Source: Candidatus Eiseniibacteriota bacterium
Lineage (GTDB): Bacteria; Orphanbacterota; Orphanbacteria; Orphanbacterales; Orphanbacteraceae
Reading direction: 5' to 3'
DNA length: 64,000 nt
NCBI GenBank assembly: GCA_016930695.1
Contig: JAFGGD010000030.1
Span: 56,321-120,320 of the forward strand
This document shows positions 27,003-35,170 of the stretch, in pieces (position 1 is the stretch's first letter; each line of letters begins with the position of its first letter). Position numbers and translations under genes: made by a program. A model generated the notes under the pieces. That model had not been told where the DNA came from. It did not search any database and saw only the letters and a list, made by a program, of their open reading frames with translations.

Positions 27003-27217
27003 ATTTCTCACCGGCAAATACGAAGCGGTAGATGGGGATTCGTTCCCTGCGCTACCCGTGGTTTGCCGGGTCGTGGGCTGATCTCATTCGACTTGGATTC
27101 GAGTTTCACGGTTACCTGTGCACACGGTAGGGGCGGGGAACCCCCTTCTTTCCGCATCCCCCATTTCCTTTCGGCGCCCGCGCCGCCCTCGGCGATCCCC
27201 TTTGCCGCGGCGGAGGG

Positions 27218-30200
27218 TTGACGATGCGCTTCCTTCGAACTATTCCGGCGCTTTCGATCCTGGCCGGCGCGCTTCTCTGCGCGGCCCTCCCCGCGGCGGC
27301 GGTCGAAGGGCTCCTTCTGATCGCGCCGGGCGGGGCGGGCTGGACCGATTCGCGGGACGCCATCGAGGGAGCGGGCGGCCGTCTCCTCTTCGCCTTCCCA
27401 CCGGGGGGTGCGGTGATTGAGGGACCGGATTCCTTCTGGGAGAGGATCGCCGGGCTACGCGACGATTGGACCGTCCGTTTCGACGCGATCCCCGAGTCGG
27501 AGTCGGCCGGGTTCGAGCGGACCGCGCGTTTCGCGGCGCATGCTTGGAACAGGAGGCTCTCGCCGCCGGCGCGGGGGGCGCATCGCGCCGGAGAGCCGGG
27601 AGAGAGCCGCGCCGGTCCGGCCCCCGCCGGCGACGGGGGCATGATGAAGGCGCCTCCGGGCGGCAATTTCTTCGACACGAGCGAGTTCTTCCTCGGCACG
27701 GTCGCGATCGCCATCCTCCTTCCGGAGAGCGACGGTTCGATCGATCCCTCCACCGAAAACTGGTCCGCCGCGCGGATCGACTCCGTGATCGCCGAGGTGC
27801 AGGAGGGAGCGGCCTGGTGGATCGGGAAGGCGCCGGGCGGGCGGCTTTCCTTCGTGTATGAAATCCCCGATCCGATCCCCTGTCCCTATGAGCCGATCTC
27901 ACGCAACGCGTTCGTGGCGAAACAGGAGACCCTCTGGGTCCGCACCGTTTTCGATTCCCTGGGCTACGCCTCCGGCGACACATGGTTTCGCGGCCGTTCC
28001 TACCTGAACGACGTGCGGGACACCCACGGCGCCGACTGGGCGGTGGCGGTTTTCGTCGCCGACTCCGAGAACGATCCGGACGGGAGGTTCGCCAACAGCC
28101 TGATCGGGTTCTCCTACTACGGCGGGCCCTACCACTGCATGACCTACGACTGCGGTTCCTACGGGATCGGGGGGATGCGCGCCGTCGAGGCGCACGAGCT
28201 GGCGCACAATTTCTACGCCCTCGACGAATACTACTCGGCCCACAAGGGGTGCGCCCTGAAGGCGGGATACCTTTACGCGGAGAACCAGAACAGCGAATAC
28301 GGTTCCTGCATTCTCGACGAATCGTGCATCATGCGGGACGACCTGCAGGCGGCCTACGACTCGAGCGCCGCCTGCGTCTACACCCTCGCGCAGGTCGGGA
28401 TGGCCGACGACGACGAAGACGGGATCGCCGATATTCTGGACACCCATCCGAGCACCCTCTTCGACGCCTTCCCCGACTCGACCGACGATGTGACTCCGAC
28501 CGTCGGCGGCGCCGCCGAGGTGAATCCCCGCACCAACCGGAACGCGCTCGGCGAAGGGAACGACATCACGCTGAACACGATTTCCGCCGTGCAGGTCCGC
28601 ATAGACGGGGGGGAATGGCTCGTCGCGCAGCCGGCGGACGGCGTATTCGATTCCACCTGGGAAGCCTTCACCTTCACCGCTCCGGCGGTGACCGAGACCG
28701 CCCACGTCTTCGAGGCCCGGGCGATCAACTCCGAGGGGAACGCGGACACGGTCTTCGCCGCGGAGACGCTCCTCGTCTACGACGGCACGCCGCCGTCACC
28801 GGTGGCATCGCCCGTCGCCGCGGCCCTCGACTCATCGGTCACGCTGGCCTGGGTCGCGCCCGAGGACGGCGACTACGAAGCGGTGATGATCCGCTTCGGC
28901 ACCGCCGCCTACCCGGCGGACACGCTCGACGGTTTCCTCCTGGAACGGCGCGCCGGCGCCCCCGGCGAACCGGACACGACGATCCACGCCGGCCTCTTCC
29001 CGGACACCACCTACTATTACGCCTTCTTCTCTCTCGACGAGGCGTCCAACCCCTCGGCGCGCGCGGAGGCCACCGCCACGCCTCTCTACCCGCTCCCGCC
29101 GGCGGCCCTCCTCGCGCCCCCGGCCGGATCGCTTTATGTCGAAATCGAAACGGACTTTCTCTGGAGCGCGATCCCCCTCGATGATCCGCTCGACACATTG
29201 ATCGCCTACGCCGTGCAGATCGCCCGGGACAGCCTGTTCACCGACGTGCTGGTGGACAGCGAAGCGACCGCCGGATCGCCTGCGGACACCTTCTGGACCT
29301 GCGCCGGCCTCCCCGAGGGGACCATCCTCTGGTGGCGCGCGCGCGGCCTGGACGTCCTCTCCGGCACATGGGGCCTTTGGGGCGTGGGATCGCGATTCGC
29401 CACCCGGCTCCCCCTCGCGGGGATCGCCTTCCTCGACTCCACGCTCTCCGGCTACACCAACTTCGCCGACGGCGATTCGCTTCTCCCCAACGAGGACGCG
29501 CGCGTCGAGGTCCGTATCGAACCGGCGGACACTCTCGACATCGGCGGCTTCGCCGGCTGGGTCCGCTGGGAGGGAACCACGACCGACTCCGCGCCCCTCG
29601 CCCTGGACAGGAACGAGGGGGGATACGGCTACTGGCGGGGCGAGATCCCCTATGGAACCGCCTTCCACCGCGGGGACACGGTCTCCTTTTACGTCTCCGC
29701 CGGAGCCCCCTACCAAGCGGGTCTGCGGGACAAGAACGCCGGGGACGACTACGCCTTCACGGCGGGGAGGAGCAAGCTCGCCGCGCTCCACGTGCCGGAG
29801 CAGACGGACCCCTATGTGCCGATGCGGTATCCCTTCATCCCGAGCGACGCGGATCCGTCGATCACTCTGACGATCCGCGCCGAGCCTTCCGGGAACGTCA
29901 CCGGCGGCGCGGCCGTTCTCCGTGTCGCCGGCGATCCGAACTACTCTCTCTTCCCGGTCCTTTCGGACACGCTGATCGGCGGCGTCGATTACCTCACCGT
30001 TCTCGTCGATTCCACCTTCGACGTCGACGACGTGGTGGAGTACTACCTGCGGGTCTGGGGTGACCCGTCGCTTTGGGACACCACCTTCCTCTACGGGACC
30101 AACGACACGAGCCGGACCGCCTCCGTCGAGGCGAGCGCCGCGGGCGCGCCCTTCACCTTCCTCGTGCACAGCGTGACCGGGCTTCCCGCGGCGGGAGACG

Positions 30201-30490
30201 GGCTCCTCCCGTCCCGAAACGAACTTCTTCCGAACGCGCCCAATCCGTTCAACCCGACGACCACCCTCTCCTTCGCACTCACCCGCGCCGAGCGCGTCAG
30301 CCTCGCACTCTTCGACGTGCGGGGACGGCTGGTCCGCGTGCTGATGGACGACGCCCGCCCGCCGGGCTGGCACGAAATCGCCTGGAACGGCTTGGACGGC
30401 GGCGGGAAGGAAGCGCCGAGCGGCGTCTACTTCTCCGTGCTCCGGGGGAACGGCTGGAACCAAACCCGCAAGATCGTCCTCATCCGTTAA
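27218..30490 (+). CDS. Large secreted zinc metallopeptidase-like protein (HEXXH) with T9SS C-terminal sorting domain
   Basis: Signal peptide MTMRFLRTIPALSILAGALLCAALPAAA. MRAVEAHELAHNFYALDEYY contains HEXXH with a downstream acidic residue. 1090 aa with a Gly/Asp-rich beta-rich body. C-terminus ...SGVYFSVLRGNGWNQTRKIVLIR. Confidence 0.65.
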   Translation: MTMRFLRTIPALSILAGALLCAALPAAAVEGLLLIAPGGAGWTDSRDAIEGAGGRLLFAFPPGGAVIEGPDSFWERIAGLRDDWTVRFDAIPESESAGFERTARFAAHAWNRRLSPPARGAHRAGEPGESRAGPAPAGDGGMMKAPPGGNFFDTSEFFLGTVAIAILLPESDGSIDPSTENWSAARIDSVIAEVQEGAAWWIGKAPGGRLSFVYEIPDPIPCPYEPISRNAFVAKQETLWVRTVFDSLGYASGDTWFRGRSYLNDVRDTHGADWAVAVFVADSENDPDGRFANSLIGFSYYGGPYHCMTYDCGSYGIGGMRAVEAHELAHNFYALDEYYSAHKGCALKAGYLYAENQNSEYGSCILDESCIMRDDLQAAYDSSAACVYTLAQVGMADDDEDGIADILDTHPSTLFDAFPDSTDDVTPTVGGAAEVNPRTNRNALGEGNDITLNTISAVQVRIDGGEWLVAQPADGVFDSTWEAFTFTAPAVTETAHVFEARAINSEGNADTVFAAETLLVYDGTPPSPVASPVAAALDSSVTLAWVAPEDGDYEAVMIRFGTAAYPADTLDGFLLERRAGAPGEPDTTIHAGLFPDTTYYYAFFSLDEASNPSARAEATATPLYPLPPAALLAPPAGSLYVEIETDFLWSAIPLDDPLDTLIAYAVQIARDSLFTDVLVDSEATAGSPADTFWTCAGLPEGTILWWRARGLDVLSGTWGLWGVGSRFATRLPLAGIAFLDSTLSGYTNFADGDSLLPNEDARVEVRIEPADTLDIGGFAGWVRWEGTTTDSAPLALDRNEGGYGYWRGEIPYGTAFHRGDTVSFYVSAGAPYQAGLRDKNAGDDYAFTAGRSKLAALHVPEQTDPYVPMRYPFIPSDADPSITLTIRAEPSGNVTGGAAVLRVAGDPNYSLFPVLSDTLIGGVDYLTVLVDSTFDVDDVVEYYLRVWGDPSLWDTTFLYGTNDTSRTASVEASAAGAPFTFLVHSVTGLPAAGDGLLPSRNELLPNAPNPFNPTTTLSFALTRAERVSLALFDVRGRLVRVLMDDARPPGWHEIAWNGLDGGGKEAPSGVYFSVLRGNGWNQTRKIVLIR

Positions 30491-30569
30491 AGAGACGCGC
30501 GGGGACGCGCCCCTCTTCGATTCTCCCCTCCATTCCGCGCCGGAACCGCATGAGATCAGCGCGTTTCCG

Positions 30570-30599
30570 TTGACAGCGCACGGCCCCCTCTGCTACGTT
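30570..30599 (+). promoter_or_regulatory. Sigma-70-like promoter (TTGACA-N18-TACGTT) of the BMC operon
   Basis: Consensus -35 and a 4/6 -10 with 18-nt spacer, about 70 nt upstream of the BMC-H start. RBS AAGGAGGAG ahead of the ATG. Confidence 0.45.
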
Positions 30600-30670
30600 C
30601 CACGAGATTCTCGAGGAAACACACCCCGATCCGAGCCGCCCGTCGGCCGGATCGTCGCAAGGAGGAGAGC

Positions 30671-30964
30671 ATGGGCGAAGCGTTGGGCATGATCGAGTGT
30701 CGCGGGTTCATCGGCGTGGTGGAAGCCGCGGACGCGATGGTGAAGGCGGCCAAGGTCACCCTGGTGCACTACGAACGGATCGGCGGCGGTTACGCCACGG
30801 CGATCATCCGCGGAGACGTGGCCGCCGTGCGCGCCGCGACCGAAGCGGGTTCCGCCGCGGCGAGCAAGGTGGGCGAACTGGTCTCGGTGCATGTCATTCC
30901 CCGCCCCCATTCGAACCTGGAAGAGGTGCTCCCCATCGGGAAGCGCTCCGGCGACAACGACTGA
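30671..30964 (+). CDS. Bacterial microcompartment shell protein BMC-H (PduA/EutM/CcmK family)
   Basis: [76 protein letters not shown] matches the canonical BMC-domain sequence almost residue by residue. Confidence 0.9.
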   Translation: MGEALGMIECRGFIGVVEAADAMVKAAKVTLVHYERIGGGYATAIIRGDVAAVRAATEAGSAAASKVGELVSVHVIPRPHSNLEEVLPIGKRSGDND

Positions 30965-30989
30965 ACGAGGTTCCGGGGAGGGAGCGTAG

Positions 30990-31283
30990 ATGGTACTGGG
31001 CAGGGTGGACGGCACGGTGGTCGCCACGCGGAAAGACGCCAAGCTGGAGGGCCTCAAGCTCCTCCTGGTCCGCGTGGTCGATCATCAGGGTAATCCGTCC
31101 GGCGGCGCCTTCGTCGCCGTCGATTCCGTGGGCGCCGGCGTCGGCGAGGTGGTTCTCTGCGCCCAAGGAAGTTCCTCCCGCCTCACCCCCGCCACGGAAA
31201 ACCGGCCGGTCGACGCGGTGATCCTCGCCATCGTCGATCTGGTCGAGGCGGAGGGGCGGGTCACCTACCGGAAGGACGCGTAG
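30990..31283 (+). CDS. Bacterial microcompartment vertex protein BMC-P (EutN/CcmL/PduN family), copy 1
   Basis: [31 protein letters not shown]...[15 protein letters not shown] shows the typical EutN/CcmL N-terminal pattern (M.LG.V.GTVV.T.K...L.G.KLL.V). Confidence 0.85.
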   Translation: MVLGRVDGTVVATRKDAKLEGLKLLLVRVVDHQGNPSGGAFVAVDSVGAGVGEVVLCAQGSSSRLTPATENRPVDAVILAIVDLVEAEGRVTYRKDA

Positions 31284-31288
31284 GACCG

Positions 31289-32713
31289 GTGGAGAAGGGC
31301 GATTCCTACATCGACGCGATCGTCGACCGCGTGCTGGAGAGGCTGACCGCGGGGGCGTCCGGGACGCGCCCGGCCCCGTCCACGGCGGGGGACGGCCTCT
31401 TCGACACCCTGGACGAAGCGGCGCGCGCCGCGGCGGAGGCGTTTCGCGCATTCTCCGCGCTCCCGCTGGAGGCGCGCCGCAGGACGGTCGCCGCCGTCCG
31501 CCGCGCGGCGGTGGAGGGGGCGGACGAACTCTCCCGCCTCGCCGTGGCGGAGACCGGCATGGGGCGTGTGGAGGACAAGGTCCGCAAGAACGTCCTCGCC
31601 GCCGAGAAAACGCCCGGACCGGAGATCCTCGATCCCGACGCGGTGACCGGCGACCACGGGCTCACGCTGACCGACCGCGCCCCCTACGGCGTGATCGGAT
31701 CGATCACCCCCTCCACCAACCCGAGCGAAACGATCATCCACAACGGCATCTCCATGATGGCCGGCGGGAACGCCGTCGTCTTCAACGGACACCCGGGCGC
31801 CAAGGAGACCACCGCGCGGACCATCGTCCTCCTGAACCGCGCCATCCACGACGCGGGCGGGCCTCCCTTCCTCTTCACCGCCGTGCGGGAGCCGACCATC
31901 GAAACCGCGCAGGCGCTGATGACGCACCCGGGGATCCGCCTTCTGGTGGTGACCGGCGGGCCGGGAGTGGTGGCGGCGGCGATGCGGAGCGGGAAGAGGG
32001 TGGTGGCGGCCGGGCCGGGAAATCCGCCCGCCGTGGTGGACGAAACCGCCGACGTGGAGAGGGCGGGGAAGGATCTGGTCCTCGGTTCCTCGTTGGACAA
32101 CAACATCATCTGCGTCGACGAGAAAGAGGTGATCTGCGTCGCCGCCGTCGCGGATCGCCTTCGCGACGCGATGGTCCGCGCCGGCGCGCACCTTCTGGAA
32201 CCGAACCGCCTGGAGGCGCTGGAAAAGCTGGTCCTCGCGGAGAACGCCGGCCCGGGACGACACGGCGCCCCGCGCAAGGAATGGGTCGGACGGGACGCGA
32301 GCCGCATTCTCGACGCCCTCGGCGTCCCCGCCGCGGGGGATCCCCGAATCGTTCTGGTCGAGACGGAGCCGGATCACCCGTTCGTCTGGACCGAGCTTCT
32401 CATGCCGGTCATCCCTCTCTGCCGCGTGCCGGACGTGGACGCGGCGATCGACCTGGCGGTCCGGGTGGAGCAGGGCTTCGGTCACACCGCCAGCATGCAC
32501 TCCCGGAACCTGGACGCCCTCAGCCGGATGGCCCGAGCGGTGAATACATCCATTTTCGTGAAGAACGGCCCCAACTACTCCGGACTCGGTTTCGGCGGCG
32601 AGGGGCACACCAGCTTCACCATCGCCAGCCCCACCGGCGAGGGGCTGACCGACGCCCGCACCTTCACCCGGCCGCGCCGTTGCGTGCTCGTCGACCGGTT
32701 CCGAATCGTTTAG
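31289..32713 (+). CDS. CoA-acylating aldehyde dehydrogenase (PduP/EutE-like, BMC-associated)
   Basis: GTG start. AGPGNPPAVVDETADVERAGKDLVLGSSLDNNIICVDEKEV aligns closely to the PduP active-site region (AGAGNPPV..DETADIEKA...SFDNNLPCIAEKEV), including the catalytic Cys. The N-terminal amphipathic helix IDAIVDRVLERL looks like an encapsulation peptide. Confidence 0.85.
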   Translation: MEKGDSYIDAIVDRVLERLTAGASGTRPAPSTAGDGLFDTLDEAARAAAEAFRAFSALPLEARRRTVAAVRRAAVEGADELSRLAVAETGMGRVEDKVRKNVLAAEKTPGPEILDPDAVTGDHGLTLTDRAPYGVIGSITPSTNPSETIIHNGISMMAGGNAVVFNGHPGAKETTARTIVLLNRAIHDAGGPPFLFTAVREPTIETAQALMTHPGIRLLVVTGGPGVVAAAMRSGKRVVAAGPGNPPAVVDETADVERAGKDLVLGSSLDNNIICVDEKEVICVAAVADRLRDAMVRAGAHLLEPNRLEALEKLVLAENAGPGRHGAPRKEWVGRDASRILDALGVPAAGDPRIVLVETEPDHPFVWTELLMPVIPLCRVPDVDAAIDLAVRVEQGFGHTASMHSRNLDALSRMARAVNTSIFVKNGPNYSGLGFGGEGHTSFTIASPTGEGLTDARTFTRPRRCVLVDRFRIV

Positions 32714-32722
32714 GCGGAAACC

Positions 32723-33280
32723 ATGGAAGCGCTCGCCCTGCTCGAACTGGACTCCATCGCCGGGGGATACCGCGCCGCCGACGCGTTGATGAAAGCCGCG
32801 CGGGTGCGGCTCCTGGAGATGCGCCCCCTGGACCCGGGCAAGTTCCTGATTCTCTTTCGCGGCCCGGTGGGGGAGGTGGACGCCGCCTATCGGCGCGGCC
32901 GGGAGACCGCCGGCGAGGATTTGGTGGACGAGGTCTACCTGCCCGCCGCCCACCCGTCCCTTTTCCCGCTGCTCGAGGGGAAACGGCCGGCGGCGTCCAT
33001 CGAGGCGCTCGGCGTGATCGAGACCGGCTCCGCCGCCTCCGCGGTGTGCGCGGCGGACGCGGCGGCGAAAGCGGCGGAAGTCGCGCTTCTCCGGGTGCAT
33101 CTCGCCCGAAGGATCGGCGGCAAGGGATATCTGCTCCTCACCGGCGGCCAGGCGGACGTGGAGGCGGCGGTCGCCGCGGGAGCGGCGCGGGCCCGGGAGC
33201 GGGAACGGCTGGTGGCGGAGGTGGTGATCCCCGCGCCGACCGAGGAGATCTTCGAACGGCTCACCGCGGAGTGGCTCTAG
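32723..33280 (+). CDS. Tandem-BMC-domain shell protein BMC-T (PduT-like, 185 aa)
   Basis: Two BMC-like halves: LALLELDSIAGGYRAADALMKAARVRLLEMRP... and LGVIETGSAASAVCAADAAAKAAEVALLRVHLARRIGGKGYLLLTGGQADVEAAV. The size matches PduT-type BMC-T proteins. Confidence 0.7.
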   Translation: MEALALLELDSIAGGYRAADALMKAARVRLLEMRPLDPGKFLILFRGPVGEVDAAYRRGRETAGEDLVDEVYLPAAHPSLFPLLEGKRPAASIEALGVIETGSAASAVCAADAAAKAAEVALLRVHLARRIGGKGYLLLTGGQADVEAAVAAGAARARERERLVAEVVIPAPTEEIFERLTAEWL

Positions 33281-33281
33281 C

Positions 33282-33551
33282 ATGCGGATCGGCGACGTGA
33301 TCGGCACGGTGACGGCGACGCAGAAAGCGGAGAGCCTCGTCGGCAGGCGCCTTCTTCTGGTGCAACCGTTGGACGAGCGGGGCCGCCCGACCGAGGCGCC
33401 CCTCGTGGCGATCGACACGGTGAGCGCCGCCCCCGGCCAGAGGGTTTACTTCGTGGAGAAGCGAGAGGCGGCCAAGGCGTTCTTCGGACCTCAACTGCCG
33501 AGCGACGTGACCATCCTGGGAATCGTCGATCGGATCGACCTCGAGCCATGA
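33282..33551 (+). CDS. BMC vertex protein BMC-P, copy 2
   Basis: MRIGDVIGTVTATQKAESLVGRRLLLVQPLD...VAIDTVSAAPGQRVY has the EutN/CcmL pattern. The start is 2 nt after the BMC-T stop. Confidence 0.8.
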   Translation: MRIGDVIGTVTATQKAESLVGRRLLLVQPLDERGRPTEAPLVAIDTVSAAPGQRVYFVEKREAAKAFFGPQLPSDVTILGIVDRIDLEP

Positions 33552-33850
33552 TTCTCGGCGACGTCATCGGCACGGTAACTTCCACCGTCAAGCACGGGTC
33601 CCTCGCGGGGAGACGTCTCCTCTTGGTCCGCCCCGTCACGCCGGAAGGGGAGCCGTCGGGGGAGACGGAGATCGCCCTCGATTCGGTGGACGCCGGGATC
33701 GGCGACCGGGTGCTGGTCAACCGCGAGGGACGCTCCGCCGAAGCGATTTTGGGCGCCGACGGCATCCCGGTCCGCAGCGTGATCACGGCGGTGGTGGACG
33801 AGGTGGTGAGCGGCGGGCTCGTCGCCTACCGGAAAGGCGATGCGCCGTGA
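33548..33850 (+). CDS. BMC vertex protein BMC-P, copy 3
   Basis: ATGA overlap with copy 2. MILGDVIGTVTSTVKHGSLAGRRLLLVRPV...ALDSVDAGIGDRVLV. Confidence 0.8.
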   Translation: MILGDVIGTVTSTVKHGSLAGRRLLLVRPVTPEGEPSGETEIALDSVDAGIGDRVLVNREGRSAEAILGADGIPVRSVITAVVDEVVSGGLVAYRKGDAP

Positions 33851-34593
33851 ATCCGTCCGACCCCACCTCGCAGATCATCGAGGTCGGCCGTCTTCTTTAT
33901 GACCGTAGTTTATTGATCGGTACCGAGGGAAACCTCTCGATCCGCCTGGAGAGAAACCGGTTTCTGGTCACCGCCGCCGGTGTCTGCAAGGGGAGACTCC
34001 GGTCGATCGACCTGGTCACCGTCGACGGCGAAGGTCGAAAGATCGCCGGCGGCGGGCGGCCCTCTTCGGAGATCCTCCTTCACCTCGCCCTCTACCGCCT
34101 CCGGCCGGAGATCCGCGCCGTGGCGCACGCCCACCCGCCCACCGCCACCGGTTTCGCCGTCGCCGGCGTTTCCCTGGACGGGGCGGTCCTTCCCGAGGTC
34201 GTCGTCTCCGTCGGTTCCGTTCCGACCGCCCCTTACGGCACACCCTCCACGGAATCGCTCGCGGAGGCGGCGCTTCCCGTCGCCCGTTGCCACGACGCTT
34301 TTCTCCTAAAGAATCACGGCGCGGTCACTCTGGGCCGGAAGGATCTCTGGGAGGCGTTCCATCGGATGGAGATGGTGGAGAGCCTGGCGCGGATCACGCT
34401 CACCGCGCGCCTCCTCGGCGGCGCTCAGCCGCTCTGCGGGGACGAGGTGGAGCGCCTGATCCGTCTCCACGGCGATCCCACGCCGCCCGGCTGCGGCTTT
34501 CCCGGCGGAGGGCCGCCCCCGACGCCGGAGGAGGAGGATCTGATCGGGAAGGCGCTCCGTCGCCTCGAGGAGCGTCTCGGCGGGCGGGATTGA
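33847..34593 (+). CDS. Class II aldolase/adducin-family enzyme (fuculose/rhamnulose-1-phosphate aldolase-like) with C-terminal encapsulation-peptide-like helix
   Basis: GTGA overlap with the upstream gene. Class II aldolase metal/catalytic motifs SSEILLHLALY, AVAHAHPP and LLKNHGAVTLG. A Pro/Gly linker (PGCGFPGGGPPPTPEEE) then an amphipathic helix DLIGKALRRLEERLGG at the extreme C-terminus. Confidence 0.8.
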   Translation: MNPSDPTSQIIEVGRLLYDRSLLIGTEGNLSIRLERNRFLVTAAGVCKGRLRSIDLVTVDGEGRKIAGGGRPSSEILLHLALYRLRPEIRAVAHAHPPTATGFAVAGVSLDGAVLPEVVVSVGSVPTAPYGTPSTESLAEAALPVARCHDAFLLKNHGAVTLGRKDLWEAFHRMEMVESLARITLTARLLGGAQPLCGDEVERLIRLHGDPTPPGCGFPGGGPPPTPEEEDLIGKALRRLEERLGGRD

Positions 34594-34614
34594 AGAGACC
34601 GGAAAAACGGGAAA

Positions 34615-34655
34615 AACGGCCGGCGCCGGACGCGTCGGCCGTTCTCTTTTCTCTT
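34615..34655. terminator. Bidirectional terminator between BMC operon and rpsT
   Basis: AACGGCCG-gcgccggacgcgt-CGGCCGTT 8-bp stem, then CTCTTTTCTCTT on the + strand and an A-rich tract (GAAAAACGGGAAAAAC) upstream on the other strand. Lies between convergent 3' ends. Confidence 0.55.
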
Positions 34656-34665
34656 CCGCCGTCCC

Positions 34666-34929
34666 TTAGGAGGACGCGGTGAGGCTGTTGATCCGTTTCT
34701 GGGCGCGGGATTTCCGGCGGGCCACCTGGTTCTTGTGGCAGATGTTGGTCTTCTCCGCCTTGTCGAGGCTGGAGACCAGCTGCCGGAGCGCCGCCGCCGC
34801 CTGTTCCGGATCTTCCGTCTCCCGCACCTTTCGGGTGAGGGTTCGGATCACGGATCGCTTGATGCGGTTGGCGATGTTACTCTTCTTGTTGGTGCGCAAC
34901 CGCTTCTTCGCGGAAACATGATGAGGCAT
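34666..34929 (-). CDS. rpsT: 30S ribosomal protein S20
   Basis: MPHHVSAKKRLRTNKKSNIANRIKRSVIRTLTRK... has the typical S20 N-terminal pattern (SAKKR.R.N.K). ATG at 34929 is preceded by GGAGGAG. The six-frame ORF track calls a longer form from a TTG at 34953, which I judge less likely. Confidence 0.85.
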   Translation of the reverse strand: MPHHVSAKKRLRTNKKSNIANRIKRSVIRTLTRKVRETEDPEQAAAALRQLVSSLDKAEKTNICHKNQVARRKSRAQKRINSLTASS

Positions 34930-35170
34930 CGAATTCTCCTCCGTTGTCGACAACGATCCTAAAATCTATCATTTCCGCCTCGAGGGGGTCAAGAGGAGAA
35001 TCGATCTTCGAGCGGAGGGGGCGATCCTGCGGAAAAGGGGTCCGCGCCGCCCGACGGGCAGGACGCGCCTTGACAGGGAGCCGTGGTGTTCCTATAGTGA
35101 CCACAAATCGTTGTGATTCAACGCGTCCCGGCGAAACAACGCCGTGCGAAACCTTAACCGGAGGGGCGGC

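Noticed and set aside
28832-33418. Minus-strand ORFs 28832-30463 and 31265-33418 antisense to the metallopeptidase gene and the BMC operon
   Set aside because: The + strand genes have textbook BMC, EutN, AldDH and aldolase sequences with overlapping junctions. The antisense translations are Arg/Gly-rich without motifs.
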